A DNA stretch of 64,000 nucleotides from assembly GCA_903813345.2 (NCBI GenBank), contig CAIIXF020000001.1:40300001-40364000 (forward strand), given 5' to 3'. Below are positions 10,801 to 22,300 of this stretch, in pieces (positions within the stretch are counted from its first letter, which is position 1; the number at the start of each line of letters is the position of its first letter). Made by a program: the position numbers and the translations under genes. The notes beneath the pieces were generated by a model. The model saw nothing but the letters and a program-made list of their open reading frames with translations, made no database searches and had not been told where the DNA came from. The DNA is from Owenia fusiformis (Eukaryota).

Positions 10801-12857
10801 TGTTACATCTGATGGTTTCAGTGTTACACCTGATGATTTTAATGTTCCATCTGATGATTTCAATGTTACATCTTGTGTTTTCAGTGTTACACCTGATGAT
10901 TTCAGTGTTACACCTGATGCTTTCGGTGTAACTCCTGATGATTTCAGTGTTACACCTGATGGTTTTAATGTTCCATCTGATGATTTCAATGTTACATCTT
11001 GTGTTTTCAGTGTTTCACCTGGTGATTTCAATGTTATATTTGATTTTTTCAGAACCAACAGTGTTTGTTCTTCAACCAACCAATGTTCAGTTGGACCCAG
11101 AAACTGATGTAATATTCAAGTGCCAGGCAAAGACTGACCCCAGTCTAAGAATCACTATTGATTGGCTAAGGTATTGTCATTATTGTTACACACAAAGCTT
11201 CGGATCATCTGAAATACTACTTGACATTTAGCAACCTGGGCCGGTCAAATTCTAAGATATAATGATAAAAAAGAACAGAAATATATATGTCTGACACTTC
11301 TTTAAAACATGTTGAAAAATATAAGCATTCTTAAAATTACATTTTTTCCATACAGGGATGGCGAACTGATTGTATACAAACAGGACCAGATCTTCAAGAA
11401 TGATGAGAACTCTTTAGTGATCATGACCAGTCAGATGGATGACAAGGGAGCCAAGTATGCTGACAGCACATACACCTGTCAGGCACAGACAGCTATGGGG
11501 GCTGAACAGGCAAATGCTAGACTCGAGTCTATAATAGGACCAGGTAAGCTCTTTAAAAATTGAAAAAGAAATACTAAATGAAATCAGATTTTAGGAAACA
11601 TACTATATTAACCTATTATTTATAAGATTTACTTGTTCTAATACAATGTGCTACTAAATGGTGACATTATCATATTTAATCCTACATTATTGTTGTTTTA
11701 ATTCCTATAGGTGGAGTGACTGGAGCAAGTACGGGTTTCCCATGGTATATAATTGTCATTGTTGCTGTTATCCTGCTTATCATTATCATCTTCTTGATTT
11801 GTTGCTGCTGCTTGAGAAATAACAAAGGAGACTCATACCCAGGTAAGGCACTTTCTTTTTAGCTCATTACCCTATCAGAATGAGAGAGACTGAGTGTAAT
11901 TGTCTATATCTAATAAAAGATTTAGTGTTACAGACAATCACATATATTGATACACAAAATACTTAATGCTACAATCACCTAGTGACATTTCTGCCATTAC
12001 TTAACCAATCAGATATAATGTTAAAATCAATCAATCATATGTTGCCATAAATCAACATTTAAGGTGTCATTTCTATCTATCAACTAATCAGATTCACTAT
12101 AAACCAACAAACAAACGAAGACTAACTGTCATTAACAAATGCCTGAGACAATCACTTCCAGTCTGACCATTAACTTAGATTGACTTGAATAATTATGATA
12201 AAATGTGATATTTTTTTTCGTTTCAGTTGACAGAAATGAGAGAAAGGCTGGGCATGATCCTGAAAAAGAAATGGCTGACAGTGGCTTCCATGATTACACT
12301 CGGCCGTAAGTCATCTTTTGCAAAGCGGGTCAATTAGCTTGTATTTTTCATTCAAAATGATACAAATAAGTGATAACAAAATCGGAAACCTTTCAATAAT
12401 GATGAGATTAATTAAAAATGAAAGTTACTTTTTGAAATTGATATTTATGAATACAAATCCTGTATCTTATCCATTATCATTCTAAGTCCTGTTTCCAATA
12501 TGACATATTTCTCAGAAAAACATTTTCCTTATTCAATATCATGTTATTTCTCCAATATCATATTTATTTCCCAAAATAAAATTCATTATTAATAACCCAT
12601 TCATTTTCTGTGCTTACAGTGAGGACCAACCCGGTGCTAGAAGTAGGGCCTCTATCAGCTCTAGCATCAAGTATGACAGTGAAGAAGACGAAGAACTCGA
12701 CCAATATGGAGATATTGACACTGGAAAATTCAACGAGGACGGATCCTTTATTGGTTTATATGGCCAAGATAAGAAAAAGAAGAAAAGGAGAGATGATGAT
12801 AATACCTATGATAATAGTGTGATGTTACCTCCCGCCCCCGCTGATACCACCGTGTAA
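1750..12857 (+). CDS. Nrg: L1CAM/neuroglian-family Ig cell adhesion molecule, 5 Ig + TM + L1 cytoplasmic domain, no FN3; spliced, 5' start exon outside window
   Basis: 12 exons (1750-1873, 2100-2257, 2854-3045, 3340-3589, 3914-4110, 4553-4684, 4896-5045, 11053-11170, 11356-11543, 11711-11842, 12227-12305, 12620-12857), all with AG/GT ends and compatible phases, giving about 652 codons to TAA. Ig motifs include LPCSASGTPKPEYIW, YQCFAENLYGTALS and FKCQAKTDPSLRITIDW. A TM helix is followed by KGDSYPV, GFHDYT and the L1-family ankyrin-binding motif GKFNEDGSFIGLY. The symbol indicates the family only; the gene may be a paralogue. Confidence 0.92.
2100..2257 (+). CDS. L1-like exon, Ig1 C-half (YIWKKDG...GRYQCFAENLYGTALSDSIELVVA)
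   Basis: tttcag acceptor, g|gtaagt donor, Ig W and YxC motifs. Confidence 0.92.
2324..2554. mobile_element. MITE with 9-bp TSD (Mutator-like), 231 bp
   Basis: termini CATCCTCC...GGAGGATG with imperfect TIRs; exact TSD caacaacag at 2315-2323 and 2555-2563. Confidence 0.8.
2854..3045 (+). CDS. L1-like exon, Ig2 N-half (EGEPLKLHC...PDPKITW...RLSIDDEG)
   Basis: tttcag acceptor, g|gtaag donor, resembles neuroglian Ig2. Confidence 0.92.
3340..3589 (+). CDS. L1-like exon, Ig2 C-half and Ig3 N-half (ALHFAY...YTCNAYN...LVIKCICIGK)
   Basis: tatag acceptor, aa|gtaagt donor; inside ORF 3309..3593. Confidence 0.9.
3914..4110 (+). CDS. L1-like exon, Ig3 C-half (PSPSVSW...DEGEYRCRCTN...IMVNVE)
   Basis: tgcag acceptor, t|gtaagt donor, DxGxYxC motif. 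Confidence 0.92.
4553..4684 (+). CDS. L1-like exon, Ig4 N-half (SAAQWVIQP...FICRGSGEPVPTIQWLKNGQPIE)
   Basis: ttttag acceptor, g|gtatga donor. Confidence 0.92.
4896..5045 (+). CDS. L1-like exon, Ig4 C-half (DLMVVQCNISNIHGYAFGDAYLNVL)
   Basis: tttcag acceptor, g|gtaagt donor; L1-family Ig4 signature QC..SN.HGY...AYLNV. Confidence 0.92.
7103..7549 (+). mobile_element. hairpin-headed non-autonomous element nested in the foldback
   Basis: ~55-bp stem with GCGAAGC loop (7111-7245), then ttatcctacactt...aagtgtaggataa IR enclosing ~30-bp repeats (cggagtatatcgt.acgatatcctccg); absent from the left arm of the host. Confidence 0.7.
7789..8289. mobile_element. MITE with 8-bp TSD (hAT-like) nested in the foldback right arm
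   Basis: TIRs cccagggagttcact / agtgaatccccaggg; TSD accagtct / accaatct; repeated tggtatgg motifs inside. Confidence 0.7.
9860..10300. repeat. 21-bp minisatellite array 1 (gatgatttcagtgttacacct)
   Basis: tandem 21-mers with variant units. Confidence 0.95.
10312..10351 (+). pseudogene. duplicated acceptor plus first 40 nt of the Ig6-like exon (exon fragment)
   Basis: identical to 11053-11092, including the upstream gattttttcag; no matching exon end or donor. Confidence 0.85.
10412..11041. repeat. 21-bp minisatellite array 2
   Basis: same unit and same variant order at the 3' end as array 1. Confidence 0.95.
11053..11170 (+). CDS. L1-like exon, fifth (Ig6-like) domain N-half (EPTVFVLQP...FKCQAKTDPSLRITIDWLR)
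   Basis: ttttttcag acceptor, ag|gtattg donor; C...DPSL...I.W is the L1 Ig6 signature. Confidence 0.9.
11356..11543 (+). CDS. L1-like exon, Ig6-like C-half (DGELI...NDENSLVI...YTCQAQT...ANARLESIIGP)
   Basis: tacag acceptor, g|gtaagc donor. Confidence 0.9.
11711..11842 (+). CDS. L1-like exon, transmembrane helix (WYIIVIVAVILLIIIIFLICCCCLRNNKGDSYP)
   Basis: ctatag acceptor, g|gtaagg donor; hydrophobic stretch followed by an L1-type KG.xY.V juxtamembrane motif. Confidence 0.93.
12227..12305 (+). CDS. L1-like exon, cytoplasmic (VDRNERKAGHDPEKEMADSGFHDYTRP)
   Basis: tttcag acceptor, cc|gtaagt donor; neuroglian-like GF.xY motif. Confidence 0.9.
12620..12857 (+). CDS. L1-like terminal coding exon (QYGDIDTGKFNEDGSFIGLYG...PADTTV*)
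   Basis: ttacag acceptor; FIG[Q/L]Y ankyrin-binding motif; TAA at 12855-12857. Confidence 0.93.
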
Positions 12858-15800
12858 TGCCTTCATTGATACTCGTCCCGTTGATTCAGATTCCTTCAGG
12901 GTGTGTAATCCAGCAGAGAATAAAGAGAATAAAAATATCCCAAAAAATTTCTAAAAAACAATGGACTTTCTAATCTAGAGAATGTTTTCAAAATTCTAGA
13001 TTTTCCAGGATTAACAATGGCTTGACCAGAGAAGGACTTGGTTCACCATGAAGAATTTTTTTAAGGAAATGGTGAAATGCAAATTGAGAGATAAATATGT
13101 ATATAATGAACTATTTTTCAATTCATGTATTTTTACAATGTTTTTTAACTGTCAATTTAGAAAAATTGTATGATTTTATTTGGTGCTTTTTAAATTTGGA
13201 TGCGATGTTTTAACATTCCTTTTTACTATCACAACTGGGAACAAAATGAAATGTATTAACTTTTTACTATTCATCTTTAAAATCATTAAATATCATTTCT
13301 GACCTATTACAAATTACATTCCTTTGAAATCATCCTGAAAACTGATTTACTTTTTTGTAGTAGTAGTAAACATACTGCATGTTGAGTTTTTTCTACACTG
13401 GCCAAATCTCTTACACCACATATGTGTAGATGACTTTAACTCACTTAGAATGCAGACTTGTGTCCTCTGTTATGTTGTGTGCCGATCTTCAGAACGTGGC
13501 AAAGTGTAAATTGGTCCCGGGTTGTGGGTGTTAAATAAATATATGTATATCTAAATCTATCATGTCTAACATGACTGTTATCTGTAGACACTAAACACTT
13601 TTGTAATATTTGTAGTTGGAACTATGGTGATATAATCACATTTTCTGGACCATAATGTACCCATTCTAATCACAGCAAACATGACACCCCAGATGTAATA
13701 TATTATTACTTGATTCGCTTGAAGTTGATTTGGTGTTGTCTTTGTGTTTCACACTGAATTCCACATGTAATCCATCTGTTGAATAGTACAGTAAAAACCT
13801 GTTTGGTGGAGTAAAACTAAGTATTTTTTGAGTCACATTTGGATTATGTGTAGAATTAGTGTGATTCTTTCAAGGCCACCCTTTATGTGATTATATTGTA
13901 CTTGTTTGTGCTTTTAGAGTTCAGTTGCACTTCAGTGCAGTTGCTTGGAGTATTTCATATAGCACTAGTAGGGAATACAAGTGTTGGTTTTACAATATTA
14001 ATTTATAAAAACCATCTAGGACGCAATCATATGATCAGCTAAGAAAAAGAAAAATTACTTAAGTGAAAACAGGGAATTTGTGCCCTGTTCCTTGGCCAAT
14101 GTACCTGACTGTCAAAATCAGCAAACAAAGCATTTTAGTTCATTAGGGACACATTTTAGATAGTTTAAATTGTTCATTGATAGTAGATTTTTATGTGTTA
14201 TAAAGTGTTTGTTTTGTGTATGAAATCTGCATCATAGTTGTAAATAGTCGCGTAGATGTATCATGCATAAATGTATCTCATTGACCATTGTATTATAGGA
14301 TATGTAGGTGGTAATGTACTAGCATGAGGTCATATTGTCCTCTGTGTATCTATATATGTAAACGCTTATTGTTTCATGACCTCATACTAGCACATGACCA
14401 ACTAAGCAATACTGCGAATTTCCGCAGATTATTTTGTATAATAAACATTATAGGATCTCAAAGTGTTAATATTAGCCCTGCGTACAAAAATATTGTAAAT
14501 ATAATATTAATGTTTGTACGTGTGAAAGGCGTTAACCTAGAGATGAAAAATAAAGTGTTCATATCCCGTAGGGTCATTTTTAACATGGGCCTATCTAATG
14601 TATAAAATGAAAAGCAGTCTTGTATGATACAACATGTTTGTATATATTGGTAACAAACCAGTAGGCAATCTACATTACAGTGTGTACATTATGCTGTATG
14701 AAAACCACCCTAAAATATAGGCTTTAATGTCTATGGCAAATTTTGTCAGTGTGTGCTACTTCGCAATTAGTTGGTTGTAACTGCATCTAGTTTTTCTCTA
14801 CTAAGATCATGCGAAAATCAAAGAAACCCAGTCCTTTTGAAATATAAGTGTTTCACAGTATAAATTCCAGAATAAACTTGATTCTGTATGTATGCTCAGT
14901 AATGTACCTTGTCCTGGAATATGTATCTTTTGTATCTGTATATAAGCAATGCATTTAAATGTAATCATAATTGAACTTTTTTATTGCCAGGGGCTTTATA
15001 CAGAACAGTTGCTAAACTTATTGATTCGAAGTATCCATGTAACTTAGTGGTGCACATGTTCCTGTAACACTGCCCTGAATTGCAATATGTCAGCATTAAA
15101 TAAGACTTTGTATCAAATGAATGCATTAATAGTGTTGACCTAATATTATAGGCAGTATTTTTGTGACAAGCATTAAGCTTCAGTGGCTGTAACATTTGTT
15201 ACACTTTCCAGGTGTTCCATTTTGTCCTGTTCATACCTTGTTTCGTTTGTAGTAGATATACGTTCCATTTATTATTTGGGCCAACATCTTAACTCAACTG
15301 ACAGGGTGTTGTAATACATATCATACAGTTTTCTGTCTTGTATTATTGTATTGGTGATGTGTGACTGCTCTTTGATCATAGGAATTAATTCAGTAACAGT
15401 TTTCAGAAATGTAACTGAGGTTGCAATATACAGGGTGTCAATAAAGTTTTGCAATTTCTATACAAAGTCTGTGTAGAGTCAAGAGACTTTAAGGATACTC
15501 TGTACTTTTGATCATTTAGGCCTGTTTATAAGTCATTGATGTTTTCTGCTGCCATCTATAAGACTGCTTGGCCCTGATTACAGTTCTTAAATATTGGTTT
15601 GGGTGATTCATGCAAAAATACATGATAGTGTTACAGGAAATATAAAGTTCCAGGAAATAGAAATGAAATCCCTGGTTTAAAGTGCCAATGTGATGTTCCT
15701 TGTCATAAAGTAACCACATATGAAACACCCACACCATTATACATACAGGGGTGCCATATTAGCAACATGGCATGGGAATGGCTTATGTTTTGATTTCCTA

Positions 15801-16084
15801 TTTGTATGATTTGACATGATGAATCACATACATTTCAAAATAGCAATGGGGTTACTGTTAGTGGGATTGTATGGTTTATGCGGGGAACAATATACTGGCA
15901 CTATAACATTACATGAAATCCACGAAACAAAGTCATGAAACCATTTGTCCAGTAATAATTCTGCAATGGGCAATATTTAATTTAAAATCAAATTTTGTGA
16001 AGTTACAAATTCCATCTTTTGGATTTACAATTTATTGAATTATTCAGATCATGTTGTTTGTTACCTCTTCAATGGAAGTGAACC

Positions 16085-16313
16085 AATAAAGTGCCATGGC
16101 TTTTTATTGTTATGAGTTTTGGTAACAATTATGGGAAGCTGTACAGAATTTTAAGTTGTGGATCAGCAGGATTATAAGATTTATTTGAAAAGATGGGTTT
16201 TTGTAATGTCTGTCTCTGGACAATTTCAACAATGTCAATGTTACCAATTTTATACAGTATATTTTATTGTACAACCATTACTATAATTATGTAGCCTTTA
16301 AAACTGCAATAAA
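16085..16313 (+). promoter_or_regulatory. candidate polyadenylation signals ending a long (~3.3-3.5 kb) 3' UTR of the L1-like gene
   Basis: AATAAA at 16085 and 16308 at the end of a TE-poor, TG/TA-rich UTR-like stretch; motif evidence only. Confidence 0.35.
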
Positions 16314-17702
16314 GACTGCTTCCATTCAAACAATCTTCGTCTTTTAATTAAAACCACTGTAGGTAATGGTTTAAACAGCCAAGGTTTTCAAAGCTCAACT
16401 ATAAGATTTAGATTTAATGGACATGTCTGTTAGAGTGAGGTCAGTTGATAAAATGAGTAAATGTTATGCTTTTGTGCTATTAACCATAAAATTTTCTGAC
16501 ATTCAATTCTGAACTTTTCTATCTCATTTAATACATTGGAAGGATAATCCTTGGATTTTCTAGTGAATGCATGTTTATAGTGAAATGCACTTGTTTATTA
16601 TTAAATAACTGGAATGACATTTGAAATACTATGTATGCTTCATGGATAATTTCATCATCTAAGTATACCTTGATAACACAACATGCAACAGATACCAAGA
16701 AAATACATCTTTCTCTTTTCATAATACGAAATATTTCTTCAATACTAGTCTAGTATATTTAACCTACTTTTTTTTATAATACAAACATTTCCACAAGACA
16801 TACATTTTTATAACACAATATTATTTTATATACAAGTTTTCTGAATTGATTCTATTCATATATCTGGGAATACATCCTGTAATCCATATAGTTCTTAAAG
16901 CGCTCTCAATGATAGCAATCTTATATACAGAATATTGTTTACAGTTCCTGCATCATGATGTCCCCGTTATAAATCATTATTGGAGAATATGCATTTTACA
17001 CAATGAAATCTTTCTCGCTGGACCATTCCCTTGTCTCATCTTCCCTGAATTTTTTTTCAGTGTCATACAACTCAAGTAATACCTCAGAAGTTCTAATTGT
17101 CCCATGTCCTCATTTCAGCTAATCAAATTGTTAGGAGCTCGGAGCAAGTGGGAAATGGAAGAAATAGGAATCCTAAAGGAATTCAAAGGGATGGAGAATG
17201 AAACTGTTGGAAGCAATCTTCCCAAATAGAGGCATAAATATACTAATTCGTTAGGATTGGAAAAAGAACGTTTTCAATTTTTCCCAGTTAACCTTAAAAA
17301 CGAAGTTTTGTCCTGAAATAAAGTCACCTTGTAGGTCAAAAAATATTGTGACACTTTTTTTACTCTCAAAACATCTCTATCCCTTCTAGACCCTTTAGAA
17401 TAAGAATATTTTAAAATTAATGTCTGTGTTGACAGAATAGTATTCTCTTTGCAGGGTCATTGCTAAAATGGTCGGGAAATTAGATGGACATGTTAAAAGA
17501 TGACAGTGAAAAATTAAATTATACAGCAACGTTAGACAGCAAGATAACTTCCAAGTATTTAGTTCATTTTTAACAGCAACTGTCCTGCGCGCAGTTCTAG
17601 ATTTTATATTCTTAAACAATGAATAAAATATAATTATAATTTGTTCCCCATTTTCAAGCCATTTTAGTTATTCAATATATGATACATTTATCCTATAATA
17701 CA

Positions 17703-17870
17703 CACCAAATGCAGACCGAGCCTGCAGAAAACAGTAGATGTGGATAACATGAATACTCAGTGTGGAAACAACATTGAATTTTGAGGCTGGTGATAGTATG
17801 TTGTTTCCACACGGAGCGCAAATTGTTATCCACACTGAGTGTTTTCGTCAGGTTCTCTCTGCGTAGGGTG
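17703..17870. mobile_element. degenerate palindromic MITE, termini related to the CACCCTATGCAGA family
   Basis: caccaaatgcagaccgagcctg ... caggttctctctgcgtagggtg; internal IRs gtgtggataaca/tgttatccacac. Confidence 0.55.
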
Positions 17871-18038
17871 TTTCAACGATTCAAATACAGCCAATATATA
17901 CACATAATCTGTATGTTGCATTATAAGTAAAATAAGTTGTGATGCACATACAAACTGTACTGTGGTACACGCAATGCACGTACAAGTGACACGTCCTGGT
18001 GTGGTGTACATACAGCTAATGGATAAAACTGCCATATA

Positions 18039-18633
18039 CAAGGGTCGATCAAAAAGTTTCTTACTGTTGGCTCTAGATTTTATAATAAGAGGAATTGGAT
18101 GCTCAAACTTTTACATGAGACAGGGTAGTACGTTTGCTTGAGACTTTCTGAGTTTCATTGAAATTGGTTCATTGGTAGTGACACAGAGTCAATTCATATT
18201 TTCAATGATTGAATCAGGTGGAGCAGCGTTTTTTATAAAACATTGTGCTAAGCTGTAGTTTTGGAAATTTCTAACACTTAGTAGTGTCATCTGTCAAAAG
18301 ACTGTAGTTTAATCATGTTGTATTAGTTTTTTTGCTAATATTCATTCTCATTCAAAATATTCAACCCCAGTTGCAATGCACTTCCTATATCTGTCCACTC
18401 GATCCAAAAACACATGTTTAAGGCCTGCGTATAAGAGGTTTGAAACGATGTCGGTTTTCCAGAACCACAACTCAGCAGATATTTTATGTATAACGCTGCT
18501 CCACCTAACTTTGTCATTGAAAATATGAATTGACTCTGTGTCACTACCAATGAACCAATTTATATGAAACTCGTACAGTTTCAAGCAAACTAACTACCCT
18601 GTCTCATATATAAGTTTGAGCTTCCAACTCCTC
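18039..18633. mobile_element. Tc1/mariner-like MITE, right end truncated
   Basis: ta|caagggtcgatcaaaaagttt start; 18088-18267 is an inverted repeat of 18455-18633. Confidence 0.65.
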
Positions 18634-19146
18634 GAGTCAACTCCAATTTCATTAATGGTGTTAAGAAGGAGACTATTAGGCTCTGATGAAAGAGGTGGAG
18701 AAGTTAGGCTTCAAGTGTGAGATATGATGATGGAGACTTTTTTGCCTTCTGGATAGAACCCTTTGGAAAGTCCTGGGACGCTCCTGAACATGAAGGTTCC
18801 AGTCCATGCTGTAAATTACTAGTGGGTTATGGGCTGGACGTCGGCAAAATGTCAAATGTAACATGACGCTCGAGCATTTCGTTTTTATTTTGACTGACTT
18901 TATGAGGCTTTGTATTTAACTATAGCCTAGCTGTATCTGTATATCAAGTAGCCACAACTGACATGGTATAGTTTTTTGTCGATATCATAAATTCGACCTA
19001 TGTTTGTCTGATTTTGATCAGCTGATTGTCTGATTTTGATCAGCTGACCGAACTAAATCAAACGTGATTTAACAGACAGGCTCTATCACTAGATGGATTC
19101 TTTAAATCCACAATCTTCAGTTGCTCACTGCATCTACCACGCACAT

Positions 19147-19369
19147 CTAGAACCTTGTCTTCTCTGATGAATTTGCCTTCTCTTGGTTCCCCGAATGATT
19201 CCGATGCGTGTAGTTGGCTGCAGTTAGCTCAGTGGCATTTGTATCGCTAGCCATCATCGCACTGTTTGAGTAAACATGAGGGGACGCTGATGTGTGCATC
19301 GTGGATTTCCTTGCAGTCTTGCGTCTGCCACAACACATACACACTTTCTTAAAACCATCACGGAACTTC
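19147..19369 (-). CDS. GPCR terminal exon: helix 8 and C-tail (KFRDGFKKVCMCC...EKTRF*)
   Basis: taag acceptor; stop TAG at 19149-19147. Confidence 0.88.
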
Positions 19370-22300
19370 CTTAGATGAGAAAAATAAGAAGAAATCAACT
19401 TATGAAAGAAGACTTAGATGATACACATATTTTTTAGGATATTTCGTATTACTCGGAGTTCCCTTGGCTGGAATAGTTATTGATCGCAAACAAATACGGT
19501 ACACACCCTAAAATAACCAGCCTCTAACCTCAACATACCTTGACATGAAGCAATAGATGACTGGATTAACACAACTGTTAAAATAAGAGAGAAGTCTTAA
19601 AGCAACCCGTGCCTTATGGCCCTCTCTTCTTGACAAGTCTGCTCCACCGAAAGCATCAATGACGTCCATGATCAATAATGGACCCCAACAGATGAAGAAT
19701 ATAACAACCACTACGATCAGCATGTTGATAACCTGTAATACCAAAATTATACAAGACATTGACATAACAAAATGACATCACTTTCAAATACTGAGTATTT
19801 TTCAGACGTCAGACGCCAATTACCAAACGCCAGTGACAAAAAAATGATGGCTATAGATGATTTTGATTTCAAATCTCTTCTGAGGTAAAAAATTGTGCTT
19901 AACAAAAACATCGGAGTATCTGATATATGTTTTTACAGATTTGGCGCTGATAATATCGTAACTATATCTAACTGTAGTTTGACATGTAACTTAGGGACTT
20001 TGATTATGATATTGAAGAATGCTAAGTACTATCAACAATGTAACTATTTTACTTACATTTAAACGCTTCTTCATCAAATCGTTTTCTCTCGGCATTCCAC
20101 TTTTACTCCTATATAAGATAAAGTTTAAAGCAAATACCCTCATTTTAAATTCGACCATTTTTTATTGTAAAAAAGCATTTGTTAGAAACCCAAAAAGTAA
20201 GATAATTCCAGTCAAGTTTATTATGGGAGAGATTCAAACTAACCGGACATTATTCTTTTTTAAATTGCTCTTAATATGTGGAGGGTCAGCAGGCCCAAAA
20301 TTAAATTCGTTTTAAAAGTGGCATTCAGGAGGTTTGTCTTTGAACATTAAAATGAATTTATCAAAAAGAGCTAGAGGGTTTACAACACTAAGAAAAGGCA
20401 ACCCCGCGAATTAGCAAATCACACCAAACAAAACCTAAATAGTGCTCGAAATAATAGTATTGTCTCCTGTTGGCAAAAGCAACACCCAAATGAGATGTGA
20501 TTTTTGTAACATATGGATCAAATCCGAAAACAAGTTTTTGAATTTCCAAAATCTTAAAAATTCCTTCTTCAGCATAGTCCTATCTGGCAGCTATTTTGAA
20601 TTAAGCAGCTATCTTGTAAATTCCTTGTATCTTGTATTTGAAAAAGTACACTTTTCATGAAAACAGCGGCCATTTTGGATTCAGCAGCCATTTAAAAAAA
20701 ATAGAGGTACTAATTCTAGTCCAGGGCATCATATATCATTTGAACTAAATCCGTTAATCAATATTTTAATTATCAAACATTAATATATTTTATGAGCACC
20801 AATACTAAAAATTCCTCCTCGAGTAGTTCTAAATCCAATTTTCACAAAGCATCAGCCTATAAAAGCTGAACCAACACCATCAACAGGTATTTTAGGACAG
20901 ACGAATTTGTTCGGTGGAAAAACGAATATTTCAGTCGGACAAATTTTATCTTAGACCATATGCCTGAATGAGATACCAGATCTAGTTTAAATATCTGGAT
21001 GCTCAATGTAAGGTACCTATATAGTACGTACCCATTCTGTGCCTCATTGGCAGCCTTATTATCGATGACGCTCCTCCAAAGAGTTACGCTGATGGCCCCA
21101 TACGAGAAGAAAAGAATGACGAGAGGGATGACAAAGAATATGACAAGCCAATAGAGCCAGTACAGCTTTTTCCAAACACCTTGAAAGTCGAAGTCGCACG
21201 TGTAGTTGTCCTTGGATCTAAACATATATTTCTGAAAGCAGATATTTGAAGCAATATAGACGATTGAAAACTAAAATTTAGAAGGTGAGTACGAGCGTTT
21301 ATTATATGCGAACGCTTTTCAGAATCCTGTTAGATGAACTTACATAAGCGAAGAGAGCCGGGATGCCCAGTACGAACGCCCCGAACCAAACGACGCAGCA
21401 AATTTTCTTCGATATTGACGGAGTGCACAAGTAACGAGACTTCAGTGGATGACATATTGCTACATACCTATAAAATATGAACAAAAATTGCATATGGGAT
21501 GTCAAAAGTTTATCTGTGTCAAGAACTGTTAAAGTTAAGATACCACCAGCTGTTAAATATAATGGCTCATCTTTTGAGAAATATAATGTGACCCAAAAAA
21601 CAGAACCACTCAAAATTGTCATATAATGCCATAGTTTGAAGTGGACCCAAAATTATGGAAATTGAAAATAAGGTTGATTCACAATTAGAATAATTTTGGA
21701 CTGTTCTGTTTTGGGTCACCATGTAACTTGACCGGTATTTTGCGGTCACCCGAGAGATTATATATATTTATCCCATACTTGGACGTGTTACAGGTACATA
21801 AAGCCGGTTTGTAAAAACTTATATTTTCATCAGCGGGCAGATATAGCTATACGTCCCGCTCCGAGCGGGCAGATATACTATATCTGCCCGCTACGTCATA
21901 ATCGCCGCTCGCATATTTTTTCATAATTTGTAACGTTCGCGTAATGACTGCACACGACAATGGAGAAAACACAGACAATCGGGATCTGTTTGATGGTTTA
22001 AAAAATTGAAGGAGCATCCACCTAATCAATCAGAAATTCGAGAAAATAAATGTGGGAATATTTGAGGGAACAGGAGAACCCAGCCACGGCCAAGAAAACA
22101 AAACTGGGCATGAATATTCTAAAATATTTCCACGATTGAACAATGTGAACCAGATGACCAAGATTGGTATGGGATAAACATATTATCCTATAGTCGGTTC
22201 AGGATATTGGGATTATCCCTTGGCCAATATAATGTATTTTCCCTCGGGACCTGCGGCCCTCGGGCAAATATATTATATTGGCCTCGGGATAATCCCAATA

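Noticed and set aside
9860..11041. Possible CRISPR-like array
   Set aside because: Contiguous tandem units without unique spacers, in a eukaryotic intron, with no cas genes
5046..11052. Hidden Ig5 exons in the large intron
   Set aside because: The intron is almost fully accounted for by the foldback, nested elements and minisatellite; I saw no Ig-like coding segment with splice sites
9826..11079. Long ORFs on both strands (LMISVLH and SSGVTLK repeats)
   Set aside because: Translations of a 21-bp intronic minisatellite; no independent gene structure
12610..12822. ORF MLTVRTNPV... in the supplied track
   Set aside because: Wrong frame; the true exon frame encodes FNEDGSFIGLY
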